Assembly (NCBI GenBank): GCA_951406725.2
Contig: OX597818.1
Span: forward strand, 45,012,001 to 45,076,000
Reading direction: 5' to 3'
Length of the DNA: 64,000 nt
Source of the DNA: Octopus vulgaris
Taxonomy: Eukaryota
In this document: in pieces, positions 38,894 to 52,517 of the stretch
Position numbering within the stretch: position 1 is the stretch's first letter
How the letters are laid out: the number at the start of each line of letters is the position of its first letter
Notes under the pieces: model-generated
Database searches by the model: none
What the model was told of the DNA's origin: nothing
Seen by the model: only the letters and a program-made list of their open reading frames with translations
Translations under genes and position numbers: made by a program

Positions 38894-39056
38894 GGCGCAG
38901 AAGTGGCTGGGTGGTAAGTAGCTTGCTTACCAGCCACATGGTTCTGGGTTCAGTCCCACTTCATAGCACCTTGGGCAAAGTGTCTTCTACTATAGCTTCG
39001 GGCCAACCAAAGCCTTGTGAGTGGATTTGGTAGACAGAAACTGAAATAAGCCAGTC

Positions 39057-39144
<88 letters not shown>

Positions 39145-39454
39145 TATATATATATTATCAATCTCAAAAGGATGAAAGACAAATCAATCTTAGCTAAATT
39201 TGAACTCAGAACGTGTAGATAGATGAAATATATATATTTACAATAATTATGATATACTTATTAATTACCCTTTTACTCTTTTTACTCTCTTACTTGTTTC
39301 AGTCATGTGACTGTGGCCATGCTGGAGCACCGCCTTTAGTCAAGCAAATCGACCCCAGGACTTATTCTTTGTAAGCCTAGTACTTATTCTATCAGTTATG
39401 GGGACGTAAACACACCAGCATAGGTTGTCAAGCGATGATGGGGGACAAACACAA

Positions 39455-39491
<37 letters not shown>

Positions 39492-39610
39492 CATATATAC
39501 GATGGGCTTCTTTCAGTTTCCATCTACCAAATCCACTCACAAAGCTTTGGTTGACCCGAGGCTATAGTAAAAGGCACTTGCCCAAGGTGCCATGCAGTGG
39601 GACTGAACCC
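38894..39610. mobile_element. Oppositely oriented SINE A copies (38894-39060 +; 39270-39610 -)
   Basis: Consensus match. Confidence 0.85.
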
Positions 39611-39804
39611 ATTCTTTGTATGTTCTGGCAGATTCAAATATGAATATGCAAATTGTTGTTGTATTTTGTCAAGGGAGATTATTGGTGATCAACTCTACCT
39701 TTCAAATGAATGTATGTTCATAGCACATACATTAATTAAGGTAAGAGTACTTTGGGAGATCTAGTATTTCAAGCTTGTTGTACCTCCTCAACAAAAGCTA
39801 CCCC

Positions 39805-40034
39805 AAACTGAAAGAAGCCTGTCATATATGTATGTGTATATATATGACAGGCTTCTTTCAGTTTCCATCTACCATATTCAGTCACAAGGCTTTGGTCAGC
39901 CTGAGGCTATAGTAGAAGACACTTGCCCAAGGTGCCATGCATTGGGACTAAACCCGGAACCATGTGGTTGGTAAGAAGCTACTTACCACACAGCCACTCT
40001 TGCGCCACTTTCTGTGAGAATATATTAAAAATAA
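39805..40034 (-). mobile_element. SINE A head with a fold-back end, sharing private variants and a 28-nt flank with 20060-20258
   Basis: aaactgaaagaagcctgtcatatat/atatatgacaggcttctttcagttt; flank actttctgtgagaatatattaaaaataa. Confidence 0.8.
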
Positions 40035-40671
40035 ATATGTAAGCTATTACTATGATTCTCACAGCTCACTGTTCACATAACTATTTGCTATCAATTGGCT
40101 GATACTAGCACACAGCAAATAATTAGGATCAAGATAAGGTGTGAAGTTGATGGAAAAGGAAGAAACTGAGAGGAAATATTGCTGAAAGTGTGAGATAGTG
40201 GTTCAGGTGGGAAGTTTAACACAATAGATAATGTAGAGGACAGGACAGTCAATTAAAATAACAAATGGATTAAACACTTAGTTAACACATTTATAACAAT
40301 CAAATGAGTAGAACACAAATAAAGGTTGTGAAGTAGCTACAACATCTGATTATTATTAGTTTAAAATTGTCACCTCAGAGAGTCAATGTTCTCGTAATTA
40401 ATTATGTTCTTCAAGGTAATTTGTAAATACATATATTTACTTAGTAGTCACTTAAGAGGGTTAATAATTACATAATTCTTTAAGCTATTTGTTAAAATAG
40501 TTGCTTAATTTACACATGAGATTAATAGGAAAACAGTTGTGACATACAGGTCAAATGGCAAAGATAATTAGTTTGTTTTAGTTTTACCTATTACTTGCTT
40601 CGGTCATTAGACTGCAGCTATGCTGGACCACAACCTAGAAGGGTTTAGTAGAATCCTTCGCATTTTCTTAA

Positions 40672-40892
40672 CCCTTTCGTTACCAACCCGGCTGAAACCG
40701 GCTCTGGCTCTTTTGTACAAATGTCTGGTTTTCAAAAGTTCTGAATTAAAACCTTCCACCAAACCTTAGTCACAATTTATGTCCCTAACTCTAACTTAAT
40801 GATAACGATGTTATTTTAATTAATTCTTTGTTATATTTAACATAATTGGAAGAAACACTGAGCATCTCAAAATAAATTCAGTAATGAAAGGG
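40672..40892. mobile_element. piggyBac-type MITE, 221 bp, inserted in an old SINE A
   Basis: TTAA|CCCTTTCGTTAC ... GTAATGAAAGGG|TTAA. Confidence 0.85.
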
Positions 40893-41648
40893 TTAAATGT
40901 GAACCTCAGTGCTTATTTTTTTAAAGTATGATGCTTATTGTATTGGGCGCTTTTGTGGAACTGCTATATAAATCAACACTGGTTGTCAAGCGATGTGGAT
41001 TCCACACAATTTCCATTTACCAAATCTACTCACAAGAGAGTGTAGTGGGTGCCCTTTACATGTCAATAGCCTGGGAGCTTTTACATGTCACTGACACAGG
41101 CCACAACTAGAATTTCACTTGGCTTGATGAGGCTTCTCAAGCACAGCAAATTGCTAAAGGCCTTGGTCATTTGTCATCACCTCTTTGAGACTCAACATTA
41201 TATAAATATATCATTAGCCACTACACACATTTTTTCTCTCCTTGTTTTTTTCTGTGTCCCTTTCTGTAGAAGAGCATAGGCTCAAAACGTAAAAGACTTT
41301 TTCTATACTAATACATCTGTTTGTTTTGTACACCACCTGTCTTCATCTTTTGTTTTTTTCCTAAACTCTCCCTATATATATATAAAAAATAATAATAATA
41401 ATATTAGAGAGTATATGTACATAGTCTTTTTACTTATTATGTACTGTTTATTTATTATTATATACTTTTTGTGATGTAAATAAATGTTTTATCATATATT
41501 TTATTTTTTCTATATATGTTTTATGTCTGTCATTGTTTGAATTACATAATAGTGGTTTTTCTCTAATTTATATATATATCATCATCATCATCATCATCAT
41601 TTAACGTCCGCTTTCCATGCTAGCATGGGTTGGACGGTTCAACTGGGG

Positions 41649-41691
<43 letters not shown>

Positions 41692-42053
41692 ATTATTGTC
41701 TGATTTTCTTTGAAGTTATAAATGAAAACAATTTAACCCTTTTGTGTTCAGATTATTCTGCCAAATGTAATGCTTATTTATTCACATTGTTTTCAGTTAA
41801 TCATACATTAATTCCCAGGGCTATAGTAGAAGTAACTTGCCCAAGATACCATGCAGAAGGACTGAACCTAAGACCACATGGCCGTAAAATGAGTTTCTTA
41901 ACAACCCCACAGCCATGACTGCGCCCATAGCAAACCATCGGTTGTCAAACAGTTGTAGCGGGGACTTTTAAAACTCATGAACGTATACATCTCAAAAGAA
42001 GTAATCTTACTTCAGAGTGTTAATATTTATGTAATGAATTTTACTTTTTAAAA

Positions 42054-42445
42054 TCTCTCTATATATAAAGCTGAAGTTATCTGCGTATGGCAGGTTTGGT
42101 AGCCTTCAACTAACACTATCTCCTCCGAGACCCTGCAGTGCAAGTTAACCAAAATTGAGATTATGATAGAAGAAGGTTTGCTCTTCCTTTCGTAGAAGAA
42201 AAAATTTAAATCGGACCATGTTAACACCAAAAATTATCTACATCAAAAAGGTGCTTTTTTTCTATGAAAATCATTATTTTTTACGATTTTTTAACTACTG
42301 TGTTGCCATTTTTTGGTGCATTTCAACCAGAAAAATGTCCACTTAAAGAGAATAATAAGCTACATAATGCAAAATTCTTACTTTTCAAAAATTCCAATTC
42401 TAAAGGGTCAAAACAAACCCAAGCAACACCAGGCGATACTGCTAG
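42054..42445 (+). mobile_element. Complete non-autonomous Helitron, second family
   Basis: a|TCTCTCTATATATAAAG ... cccaagcaacaccagg (decayed hairpin) ..gCTAG|t. Confidence 0.8.
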
Positions 42446-43043
42446 TAGTCATTAAAATGTTTCTTAAAAAAAACTCTCTCGAGATGTATACATGAATGGT
42501 AGCATGAATGCAGATTAAGCAACAAAATTGCTATAACAGTCTATTTTGGGAATACTACATACTGTCTGTCTGTCTCTGTCTCTTGCTCTCTCTCCTTCTT
42601 TCTCTCTTTCTCTCTCCCTCTCCATCGATCTCCTCACCCCACTCTCTCTCAAGCATAATAATGTTTACAAGAATAAAGCTGATAGTAACTACTAAGGCTT
42701 TGCTTATCAACTGTCTTCAGATTGATAAAAATGTATTCTACCAATAGCATCGACTAATCCTTCAGTTTAATGTTAACCCTTTGACATTTAAATCATCCAT
42801 ATCCAACCCAAATATTCTGTCTTATGGCGTGACTGATGAGATCCAGCCTCTCACACCTACTCTACAATGTTATTCTAAAAACAGACAATCACATCATCAA
42901 AATCTCTCAAGCTGTGAGATAATGCATGATTAATTCAAAATGATATGAATAAATAATAAGCATTACATTTGACAAAATAATCTGAATGTTGAAAAGTGAA
43001 ATTGTTTTCACATATAACATCACAGCAATTAGATAATAATAAT

Positions 43044-43106
<63 letters not shown>

Positions 43107-43495
43107 GAGGCGCAATGGCCCAGTGGTTAGGGCAGCGGACTCGCAGTCATAGGACTGTGGTTTCGATTCCCAGACCGAGCGTTGTGAGTGTTTCTTGAGC
43201 GAAAACACCTAAAAGATCCACGAGGCTCCGGCAGGGGGTGGTGGTGATCCCTACTGTACTCTTTCACCACAACTTTCTTTCATTCTTTCTTCGGTTGGTC
43301 TGCTTGCTTAGCCAGCGGGGTGGTGTCATTCGAAGGCTAAAACAATGCGAAGCGCATTGTAACCAGCTATATCAGCTGTAGAAACTTTGCCAGATCGGAT
43401 TGGAGCCTGGTACAGCCTTCTGGCTTGCCAGCCCACAGTGAAACCGTCCAACCCATGCCAGCATGGAAACTGGACTTTAAACGATGATGATGATA
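43107..43495 (+). mobile_element. tRNA-like SINE (43107-43370) followed by a family C tail
   Basis: A-box TGGCCCAGTGG, anticodon-like loop ggactcgca, B-box gtttcgattcc. Confidence 0.75.
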
Positions 43496-44139
43496 TATCA
43501 CCTGATCATGTGACTGACCAGGCCATCAGATATTGTTACAAATCACTGGTCACTGTGTGCCATTGCATTGTTTTTGCCTTTGAATGGCATACCATTCAGG
43601 GGGATTGTCATGATTCTTGGTCAATTATACACCATGGAAATGAGATAACTGGCATGAGTCCTAAGGTATGGGTCCTAAGGCTCAAAGTAAAGAATTTGGT
43701 TGAAAGGCAGTGACTCTGATCTGTTACAGGGTCTTTGAGACTAGAGAGGACATAGGAGGGAGAAAGGAATCTTGAGATGAGAAATCTGGCCCAGAAGTTT
43801 GCAACAGATTAGAATCTGTTAAATAGCCACCCAGCCATGGTGACACATGATGGTAGTAAACTATGGGATGACAGAGTGGACTCAGCTGACAGCACCCAAT
43901 CAACAGGTCTACCACCCAAGTAACCTATGTTAAGATTTGAACTTAGAGCACAAAGAGCTAGAACATGTCACAAGGCATCTGGTCCAACTTTCTTACAGTT
44001 CTTATAGCCTACATCAACTTTGAAAGAATAAAAGGGAGAAGTGACTCCAGCTGGATTTGAACTCAGAGCCCAGATATACAAAACAATATATTTTTATGCA
44101 CTTTTTCAATACTCTAACAACTCTGCCAACTCACTATCT

Positions 44140-44374
44140 GTTTCTTTATTACCCACAAGGGGCTAAACATAGAGGGGACAAACAAGGACAGACAAATGGA
44201 TTAAGCCGATTACATCGACTCCAGTGCGTAACTGGTACTTAATTTATCGACCCTGAAAGGATGAAAGGCAAAGTCGACCTCAGCGGAATTTGAACTCAGA
44301 ACGTAACAGCAGATGAAATACTGCTAAGCATTTCGCCAGGTGTGCTAACGTTTCTGCCAGTTCACCACCCTAAA
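44140..44374 (-). mobile_element. SINE family B with 13-bp TSD, nested in an older B copy
   Basis: caactcactatct at 44127-44139 and 44375-44387. Confidence 0.9.
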
Positions 44375-44873
44375 CAACTCACTATCTCAACACTAATATG
44401 CCACCTTAGGCAGATTCACCACTCTTTGGCAGATCAAAGAGTTTTCCAAGCTCAGGAACATAATCCAAATATTCATACCATATTATTTTCAATGGAATGG
44501 AAATTAGGCCATTTTTGGCCTTTTTTTCTGGTATAAGCCATTATTTTTAATGTTTGTGCATTCTACTGGTAAGCTAGATGCACATATATGTTGAATTATA
44601 ATTGTAGATTTACGACCCAAATTTGTCATTTCCTTCAACATCCAGAGAATGCTTTCATGCATTTGAATTACCCTCATTGGCTTTTACTCATTTTTTACTA
44701 TCTCATACATGTGACATGTTGATTTGGGTTTCATTTTTCTTCTCTTTCTTCGCTCATTTTTCCTTTTTAACTTGCCCTTTTCTTCTTTTACACTTGCTTA
44801 TTCGCTTCCTTTTACAAGAAAAAAATAGAACGATCCATTCAGTATATCAGGCTTATTTTATTTTAGTTATACA

Positions 44874-45137
44874 CTTTACTTGTTTCAGTCATTTGATTGT
44901 GGTCATGCTGGAGCACCGCCTTTAGTTGAGCCAATTGACCCCAGGACTTATTCTTTGTAAGCTTAGTACTTATTCTATCGGTCTCTTTTGCTGAACCACT
45001 AAGCTATGTTGACGTAAACACAGCAGCATCAGTTGTCAAGCAATGTTGGGGGGACAAACACAGACACACAAACATATACACACACACATATATATCCATA
45101 TATACGACGGGCTTCTTTCAGTTTTCGTCTACCAAAT
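44874..45137 (-). mobile_element. SINE family A, headless
   Basis: Consensus match. Confidence 0.85.
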
Positions 45138-45165
45138 GATTAAGTATGCTAGGTAAGTGTTGTAA

Positions 45166-45515
45166 CAGAGACAAACTGGGGAAAAAACATGGAAAACAAG
45201 AATGGTGTATATCAATAAGAGGACAACATAGAGGAATAGAGTAAAAGAATAAGGAGATGGAAAGAGAACAAAAAGATTTTCTCTCTTTCCATCTCCTTAT
45301 TCTTTTACTCCATTCCTCTATGTTATCCTCTTATTGATATATACCATTCTTGTTTTCCATGTTTTTTCCCCAGTTAGTCTCTGATGATGGAATATCCCAT
45401 ACTCAAGGATATTCCAGAAATAACTCTAAGATTTTGGATTTCTTCCTGTAATAATATTGTATATGACTTGAGATGTTTGCCTTGCCTTAATGTTTGACGT
45501 CCTGTTTAACAATTA
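45166..45515 (+). mobile_element. Fold-back PLE-like terminal-repeat element with hammerhead relic (45376-45433)
   Basis: ~102-bp arms 45166-45267 / 45282-45383; then CTGATGA TGGAATATCC-catactcaa-GGATATTCCA GAAA; ends in (TA)n. Confidence 0.75.
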
Positions 45516-45530
45516 TATATATATATATAT

Positions 45531-45572
<42 letters not shown>

Positions 45573-45907
45573 TCTTTACTCATTTACTTGTTTCAGTCAT
45601 TTTTACTGAGGGTTTTGAAGGTACAATTCTTAAAATACATACACAAGCACACACACACATATATGCACAAACATAGCTCTCTCTTTATTTCTCTCTATGT
45701 ATATATACATGTGTGTGTGTGCTTATGTATAGAAATTGTGCCTAACGATGTAATGTAATAAGTATATACATTAATTTCTTGGGTTAGTTTATGACAAAAA
45801 AAAATTGCTGACTGGAATTGCAACTAAAACTAAACAAAAGTGATGTTGTGGCTCTCTAGCAATGAATGGCTATAAGTGGCTTCTCATTGAGCGGATAGAT
45901 AGATAGA

Positions 45908-46468
45908 TATTAAAGAGAAAGAATGAACGAGCAAAACATGTATTACTTTACAGCATGCAATTTATAATTCAAACATAATTGTAGAGTAAATAAAGGATTA
46001 AGAAGCTATGCATAAAGTCTCTTACAACTGTCTCTGGAATAGCTGTGCATACAGTCCATATCTCGTTGTGCAAAGATTTCTATATAAAAGCCAACTATTC
46101 CATCTTCATAGAGGAAGGATTAAGAAATATCCTTACATGACATTATAAATAATACCTTTTAGTAATGATATTCCTTTATTCTTCGACAATGAACCTGGTA
46201 ACTGCTAATATCATTTATTAAGGATATTCTTTAATCCTTCCTCTCCGAAGATGAAACAGTTGGTTTTATATGGAAATTGTCGCTCAATGAGTTATGTACC
46301 AAATGCACCAGTTGCACAGCTATTCTACAGAAAACTGTAAGAGGCTTTGTGCATAACTGCTTAATCCTTTATTTACTCTAACAATTCTGTAATTATATTT
46401 GAATTATAAATTACATGCTGTAAAGTGATGCCATATGTTTTGCTTGTTCATTATTTCTTTCTGATATG
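45908..46468. mobile_element. Old head-to-head inverted element, each arm with a degenerate long-stem-II hammerhead
   Basis: Arms ~45908-46148 and ~46207-46468; minus cctct-ATGAAGA-TGGAATAG..CTATTCCA-GAGAC-AGTTGTA-agag; plus cctct-CCGAAGA..ctgta-agagg. Confidence 0.65.
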
Positions 46469-46508
46469 TATATGTGTATGTATGTATGTGTGTGTGTATG
46501 TGTGTGTG

Positions 46509-46560
<52 letters not shown>

Positions 46561-47717
46561 CATGCATGATTATTTTTAGGAATGGTGAATCTTGATCAAA
46601 GTAAAGTTATAATGGTGGGGGGGTAAAAAGTAAGTTAAAAACCCTTTAAATAGATACTGAAAGTTGCCTATGGCTCTCACACTCACATCTCCTGTAAACA
46701 TGACCAGAGCAATCCTTCTCTCCATTTTGGAAACTTTAGATGTTGATGTCACTGGAATTGAGAAACTCCAAGATGAAATGATTCTTTTTTTTTTTTGAAT
46801 GGTGAATCTTGAAGCAAATTAAGTGATAAATAATAGGGTGTAATTATTAATTTAAAAACTAATCTTTTGTTCTTTTGAAAGAAAAGTCAAATACTGTGGC
46901 ATGGGCATGTGGTAAGAAGCTTGCTTCCCGACCACATGTTTTGGGGTTCAATCCTGCTGTATGGCACCTTGAGCAAGTATTTTCTACTATAGCCGCAAGC
47001 AGATCAAAACCTTGTAAGTGGAATTGGTTGATGGAAAATGAAAGATCATTGGGAAAGTCTGATCTCCCTTCTCTATTGAGACTCCATTTGACATTCTGCA
47101 GCATGCATTTACTGATCTTGAGAAAGTTTCATCTCACTTCTCTCTTGAGACTCTCACCCTTGGTTTTCTACAATCCTCCTTGTTTTATACTTGTTTCTGG
47201 AGAGAGTATGTCTTTTCTTTGGTGGCATACACTGATACACCATTCCACAGTCATGGCCATTAAGTTGGAAATTTCTCAATGCATAATGTTGTTCACATTA
47301 GGATATAGATTATTCATATGACCTTAGTGTTATCACATTAGAATTAAGTGAAAGAATAAAAGTGAAACAATATTATTTCATGTTGCTATATCGATGTTAT
47401 TCTTTCATTTTTGACACACAATACCAAACCAGTGCCAATCTTATATTATTTTAATCCAAATGAAAAAAATATCACATGTCAACACTCATAGGATTTGATA
47501 CTATTATCTTGTAAAATTTGATTTGATTCGGTGGAGCCATTTGAGAATGCATAAGGAACAAACAGAAAAACAGACAGAAAGACAGACAGAGAGACGAAGA
47601 ATTTTATATAAATCGATAATATATATATAATATACAAAGAGAGAGGATTATCTGGAGATAGGTAGATAGATGTGTGTGTGTGAGAGAGAGAGAGTATGCA
47701 GTGTACAAAAACACAGT

Positions 47718-47773
<56 letters not shown>

Positions 47774-48192
47774 ACTGTGTTTATATATATATGCACACAA
47801 GCATCAACACAAGCAAAATCTTATTCCATCTGAGCTGCAGTCACAGTAAATTTCTCATCGAAACCCAAATATCTGAGGTGAGAAAATGTTCAAAAATCTA
47901 TGCTTGTATGTACATAAGCAACTGACGAATAGCATAATAGAACAGGTTGTTTTTTTAATAACTTGCTGATCAGAGAATATCAATGTTGCCCATCAACAAG
48001 TATAGCGATAGTTGGGAATTCCCAGCTAACGCAATCACATGCTAACTCTTGCTATCAACAGATAAAACAGAAACAAAATATTGATATTTAGTGTGCTTCA
48101 CATATTTGATAGAAAATTGAATACACACACACACGTACACACACACACACGTACACACACACACGTACACACACACACACACACACATACAC

Positions 48193-48904
48193 TTTTCAAC
48201 AGAGATTGTCTGAAATGATGGGACTACATTTAAATTAAATGGCTCAATTTACTGCCACAGTTGCACCTACTGGGAATCTGCATATTATGGAAGAACATCA
48301 TGTTGATTTACCAGGTGTTCCAGTAAGGTGTGGCTTACCACCAAAAATGATTAATTGGACCATTCTGTTGTAATGGTACTGTGACTTGTCACATGCATCT
48401 GAACTTCCTATAACAGTCTGTTTTGCCAAATATTCAAGTGAACCTTGAAGATGTGGAATTTTATTTCCAGTAAAATGGGGCACCACAATACTGTCCTAGC
48501 AATGTAAGGGCCCACTTTTATGAGATTTTGTCAAACAGGTGAACAGGATGAAGAGGTTTCATAGAATACCTTCCCATTCACCAGACCTCTCACCACTCTC
48601 AGTCAATTTTTATGGGGATACTTAAAAAATGACGTTTACAGAACAAAGCCAGCAACAGTTGATAAAGTGAGGTCAGCCATTGCACAAATGCCAAACAAAA
48701 TGTTTCTTGATGTTTACAATTCTGATGTTTCACATTATCAGCATTTCCCAAACCAGAATTGTCAACAGTTTGAAGAGGGGCATTCAGAAAGAAAAAATTA
48801 AATTCTATCCGTAGATTCTATTAAAGTTTGAAAATGAAATGTACTTCAATGAACACTGACTCAATCATTCAATACGTGTATACAAGTTTTTGGAACACTC
48901 TGTG
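48193..48904 (+). pseudogene. Decayed Tc1/mariner-superfamily transposase, rosa (DD41D)-like, with right TIR
   Basis: DLPGVPVRCGL..LIGPF..GTVT; FYFQ*NGAPQY..RG..SPDLSPL..FLWGYLKNDVY; ~41 residues between the last two catalytic positions; end ttttggaacactctg. Confidence 0.75.
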
Positions 48905-48926
48905 TAGATATATGACCTGGTATACA

Positions 48927-48929
<3 letters not shown>

Positions 48930-48964
<35 letters not shown>

Positions 48965-49086
48965 TGCATACATACATATATATATATACATACATACACA
49001 TACATTTACACTTTTACATCAATACAACCACATAAACAGATATATATACTCATATATAGACACCACACATATATGTACATGTATGT

Positions 49087-49127
<41 letters not shown>

Positions 49128-49562
49128 TATATATTTATATATATGTATATGTATATATATATGTACATGTATATATATACATATATATACATATGTATAC
49201 ACATGTATATGTATATATGTATGCATTAATGTATGTTTTCTATGAATAACTATTCATAAAGAAATTCACATATCCCCTGAAAAGCCATTCAATGTGTGTG
49301 TGTGTGTGAGTGCGTGTGTATGAGCGTGCGTGCACGTTTATAGAATATAAAATTTATTTCTCCAATGAAAAGGCTGACTACAACTTCGAAGATTCCCCAC
49401 TGATTGGTAAAACTTTGAAGTTATTGTCAAGCTACTCCATGAGCATGAGTGTGTGTGTGTGCGTGTGCATTTGTATGTGTGTGTGCGTGTGTGTGTGTGT
49501 GCGTGCACGCACATGTGTACTGGGGTGTTCATGTAGAAGCACTTATGCACATATAACACATA

Positions 49563-49613
<51 letters not shown>

Positions 49614-49677
49614 GATAATAGTAATAATAATAATATTTTACATATATACATATGTACATACATATATACATATATAC

Positions 49678-49710
<33 letters not shown>

Positions 49711-50623
49711 TGTGTATGTGTATATATATATAAATATACCTATATGCAGACACATACACATGCACATTCACACACATACACACATATGTATACTCTGTGA
49801 AAGCATATTTTTATAATTTTATTTTCATACATACAACAACATAAGTCTAAAACTATTTTCTCCTTATACCAAAAACTTAAACTTGTTTTAATTACTAAAA
49901 AAAAAAAAAATATATATATATATATGTATATAAAAAATTTACCGCATTTTCAGCCATTTCGCAGTATTTCTCACACACACACACACACACATACATACAT
50001 ACACACACACATATATAGATATACCTCCTATTGTATCCTGATGTGAGGACACATGTCTTCACACACACTCATACCTTGTGTGTCTGTATGTATGTATGTA
50101 TGTATGTATGTACATACCTGGCATTCTATACAGATGAGAGGACATGCATCCTCTCATCTGTATGTATTTTGCTATATTATCAACTTGCCTTCCTCTTCAC
50201 CTCACTCCCCCCCTCTTTATTCCTATATTCTGTGCTTACCATTTCCTACTGCAGTGTTGCTGCACAGTAGGTTAATGCTGTTTCTATTACACTATAGTAA
50301 GTGCGTGCCATAACACTATAGCGTTAGTACTACCATTTCAACAGACTCAGTGTATATATTATAAAGGGAGAGAGAGAGAGACAGACAGACAGAGATAGAG
50401 AATGAGAGAGAGTTAGATAGACAGACAGAGACGGGGAGGGTGGAGAGATCCGAGTAGGTAATGAGAAACCTTAAGAATGCAAAGTAAAATAATTATCTTT
50501 AATACTAAGTCACTACTAGCTTTTCTTTCAGCATTTCTTCTTTGCTTTCTTCAAAATTTCTCTTCTTTCACCTATTTGTACTCTCTCTATATATACATAC
50601 ATATATATATAAAAAATTATATG

Positions 50624-50697
<74 letters not shown>

Positions 50698-50771
50698 TAG
50701 ATAGATATAGATATACATAAAATTATATGTATGTATATATATATATATATACATAAAATTATATGCATGTT

Positions 50772-50811
<40 letters not shown>

Positions 50812-50949
50812 TAGATAGATAGATATATATATATAGTGATAGATATACATAAAATTATATGTATGTATGTAAATATATATATATCTATATCTATATGTAT
50901 ATATATATATATACCTATATGTATATATATATGTATGTATATATGTATG

Positions 50950-50982
<33 letters not shown>

Positions 50983-51075
50983 TTATATGTATGTATGCAT
51001 AAATATGTATATATATATATTTATTATTATATGTATGTATATATATGTATGTATTTATATGTAAGTATAAATATG

Positions 51076-51129
<54 letters not shown>

Positions 51130-51469
51130 CATATATATATGTATTTTCTACTTATTGCTTGTGTCTCTTTCTCCGTTGACTCCCCCTCCTCCCTCTTTCA
51201 TTTTCTCTCACTTTCTCAAAGTATGATCATATTTTTTTTTGTTTTTTCTGTTTTCCTTTCATTTTTGTTTTTCTTTTATTTTATAAATCTTTTTTCTCTC
51301 CCCACCACTTGTTCACACCAGTCACCTCCCTCTCTCTCTCTCTCTCTCTGTTTCTCCATCTTTCTCTCACTCATCCTTACACCCTCTCTCTCTCTCGTTC
51401 GCTCTCTCTTTCTCTGTCGCTAATTGATACCATTTTTTTTTTCTATCTTACTCTTTAATTCATCACTGC

Positions 51470-51528
<59 letters not shown>

Positions 51529-52070
51529 TTAACACTCTCTGTGTCTCTCACTCATTCTCATTCACTTGCTCTGTCTCACTAAATCACAGACTTCATGTAT
51601 GTGCGTATGTGTGTGTGTATGTGTATGTATCTTCATGTGTGTGTGTGTACACGCATGGGCACACACGTGTGTGTATATGTGTGTGCATGTGCATGTCTAT
51701 ATCTCTATGTATCACTGTCTGTATATATATGCATATGTGTATGTTTTCTCTCTCTACTGCTTTTTTATGTATACCGCTTTCACTGTCATTTCCATCATCA
51801 ATTTTTCTTTCCTATTATTCTCTCTCTCTCTCTCTCTGATTCCTGCACTGATTCCTTCACTATTTACCTGCCATTTCCAGTTATTCTTCTTTCTTTCCCT
51901 TCTCTTCATCACTAACTGTCTTCTATAATTATATTTCTTTCTTTTTACTTCTCCCCTCATACCTTCCATTTCATTACTACACCCTCTCTCTCTCTCTCTC
52001 TCTCTGCCATTCCCAGCCTCTTATCTCTAACACACACAAACACACACACACACACATACTCTCTCTCTCA
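48930..52070. repeat. Microsatellite-dominated low-complexity region: (TA)n, (CA)n, (GA)n, (CT)n
   Basis: Direct inspection. Confidence 0.9.
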
Positions 52071-52517
52071 TTCATGCACATAGAGATGCTTGTGCGCGTA
52101 CACACAGGCAAGCAGTGTCTCTAACATCAGCTATAACAGTCTGAAACACCTGACAACACATTGGCTGCATGCAAAGAGATCTATGTAGGTGGAGAAACCC
52201 TGTCCAGGTAGAGTTCAAATGTGAGATTGTTGTATAATCAGACAACAGGGAATGTGATATTTGTCAGGATATTCAGTTACAATATATAAACACATTTGTA
52301 ATTTATCGAGAATATGAAGTAATCATAATAAACCATTGTTTATGATAACTAAGATATGAAATACTACAAATTAACAACAGCAACAATGAAGATGATGATG
52401 ATGATGATGATGACCTTTTCTGTTATAGGTACTAGGCTTGAAATTTGGTGGGAAGGGGCTGTTCAATTACATCAACCCCAGTACTCAACCGATGCTCATT
52501 TCACTGACCCCAGTGCC

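Noticed and set aside
43107-43185. tRNA gene
   Set aside because: A and B boxes are present but there is no closing acceptor stem, and it continues into a SINE body
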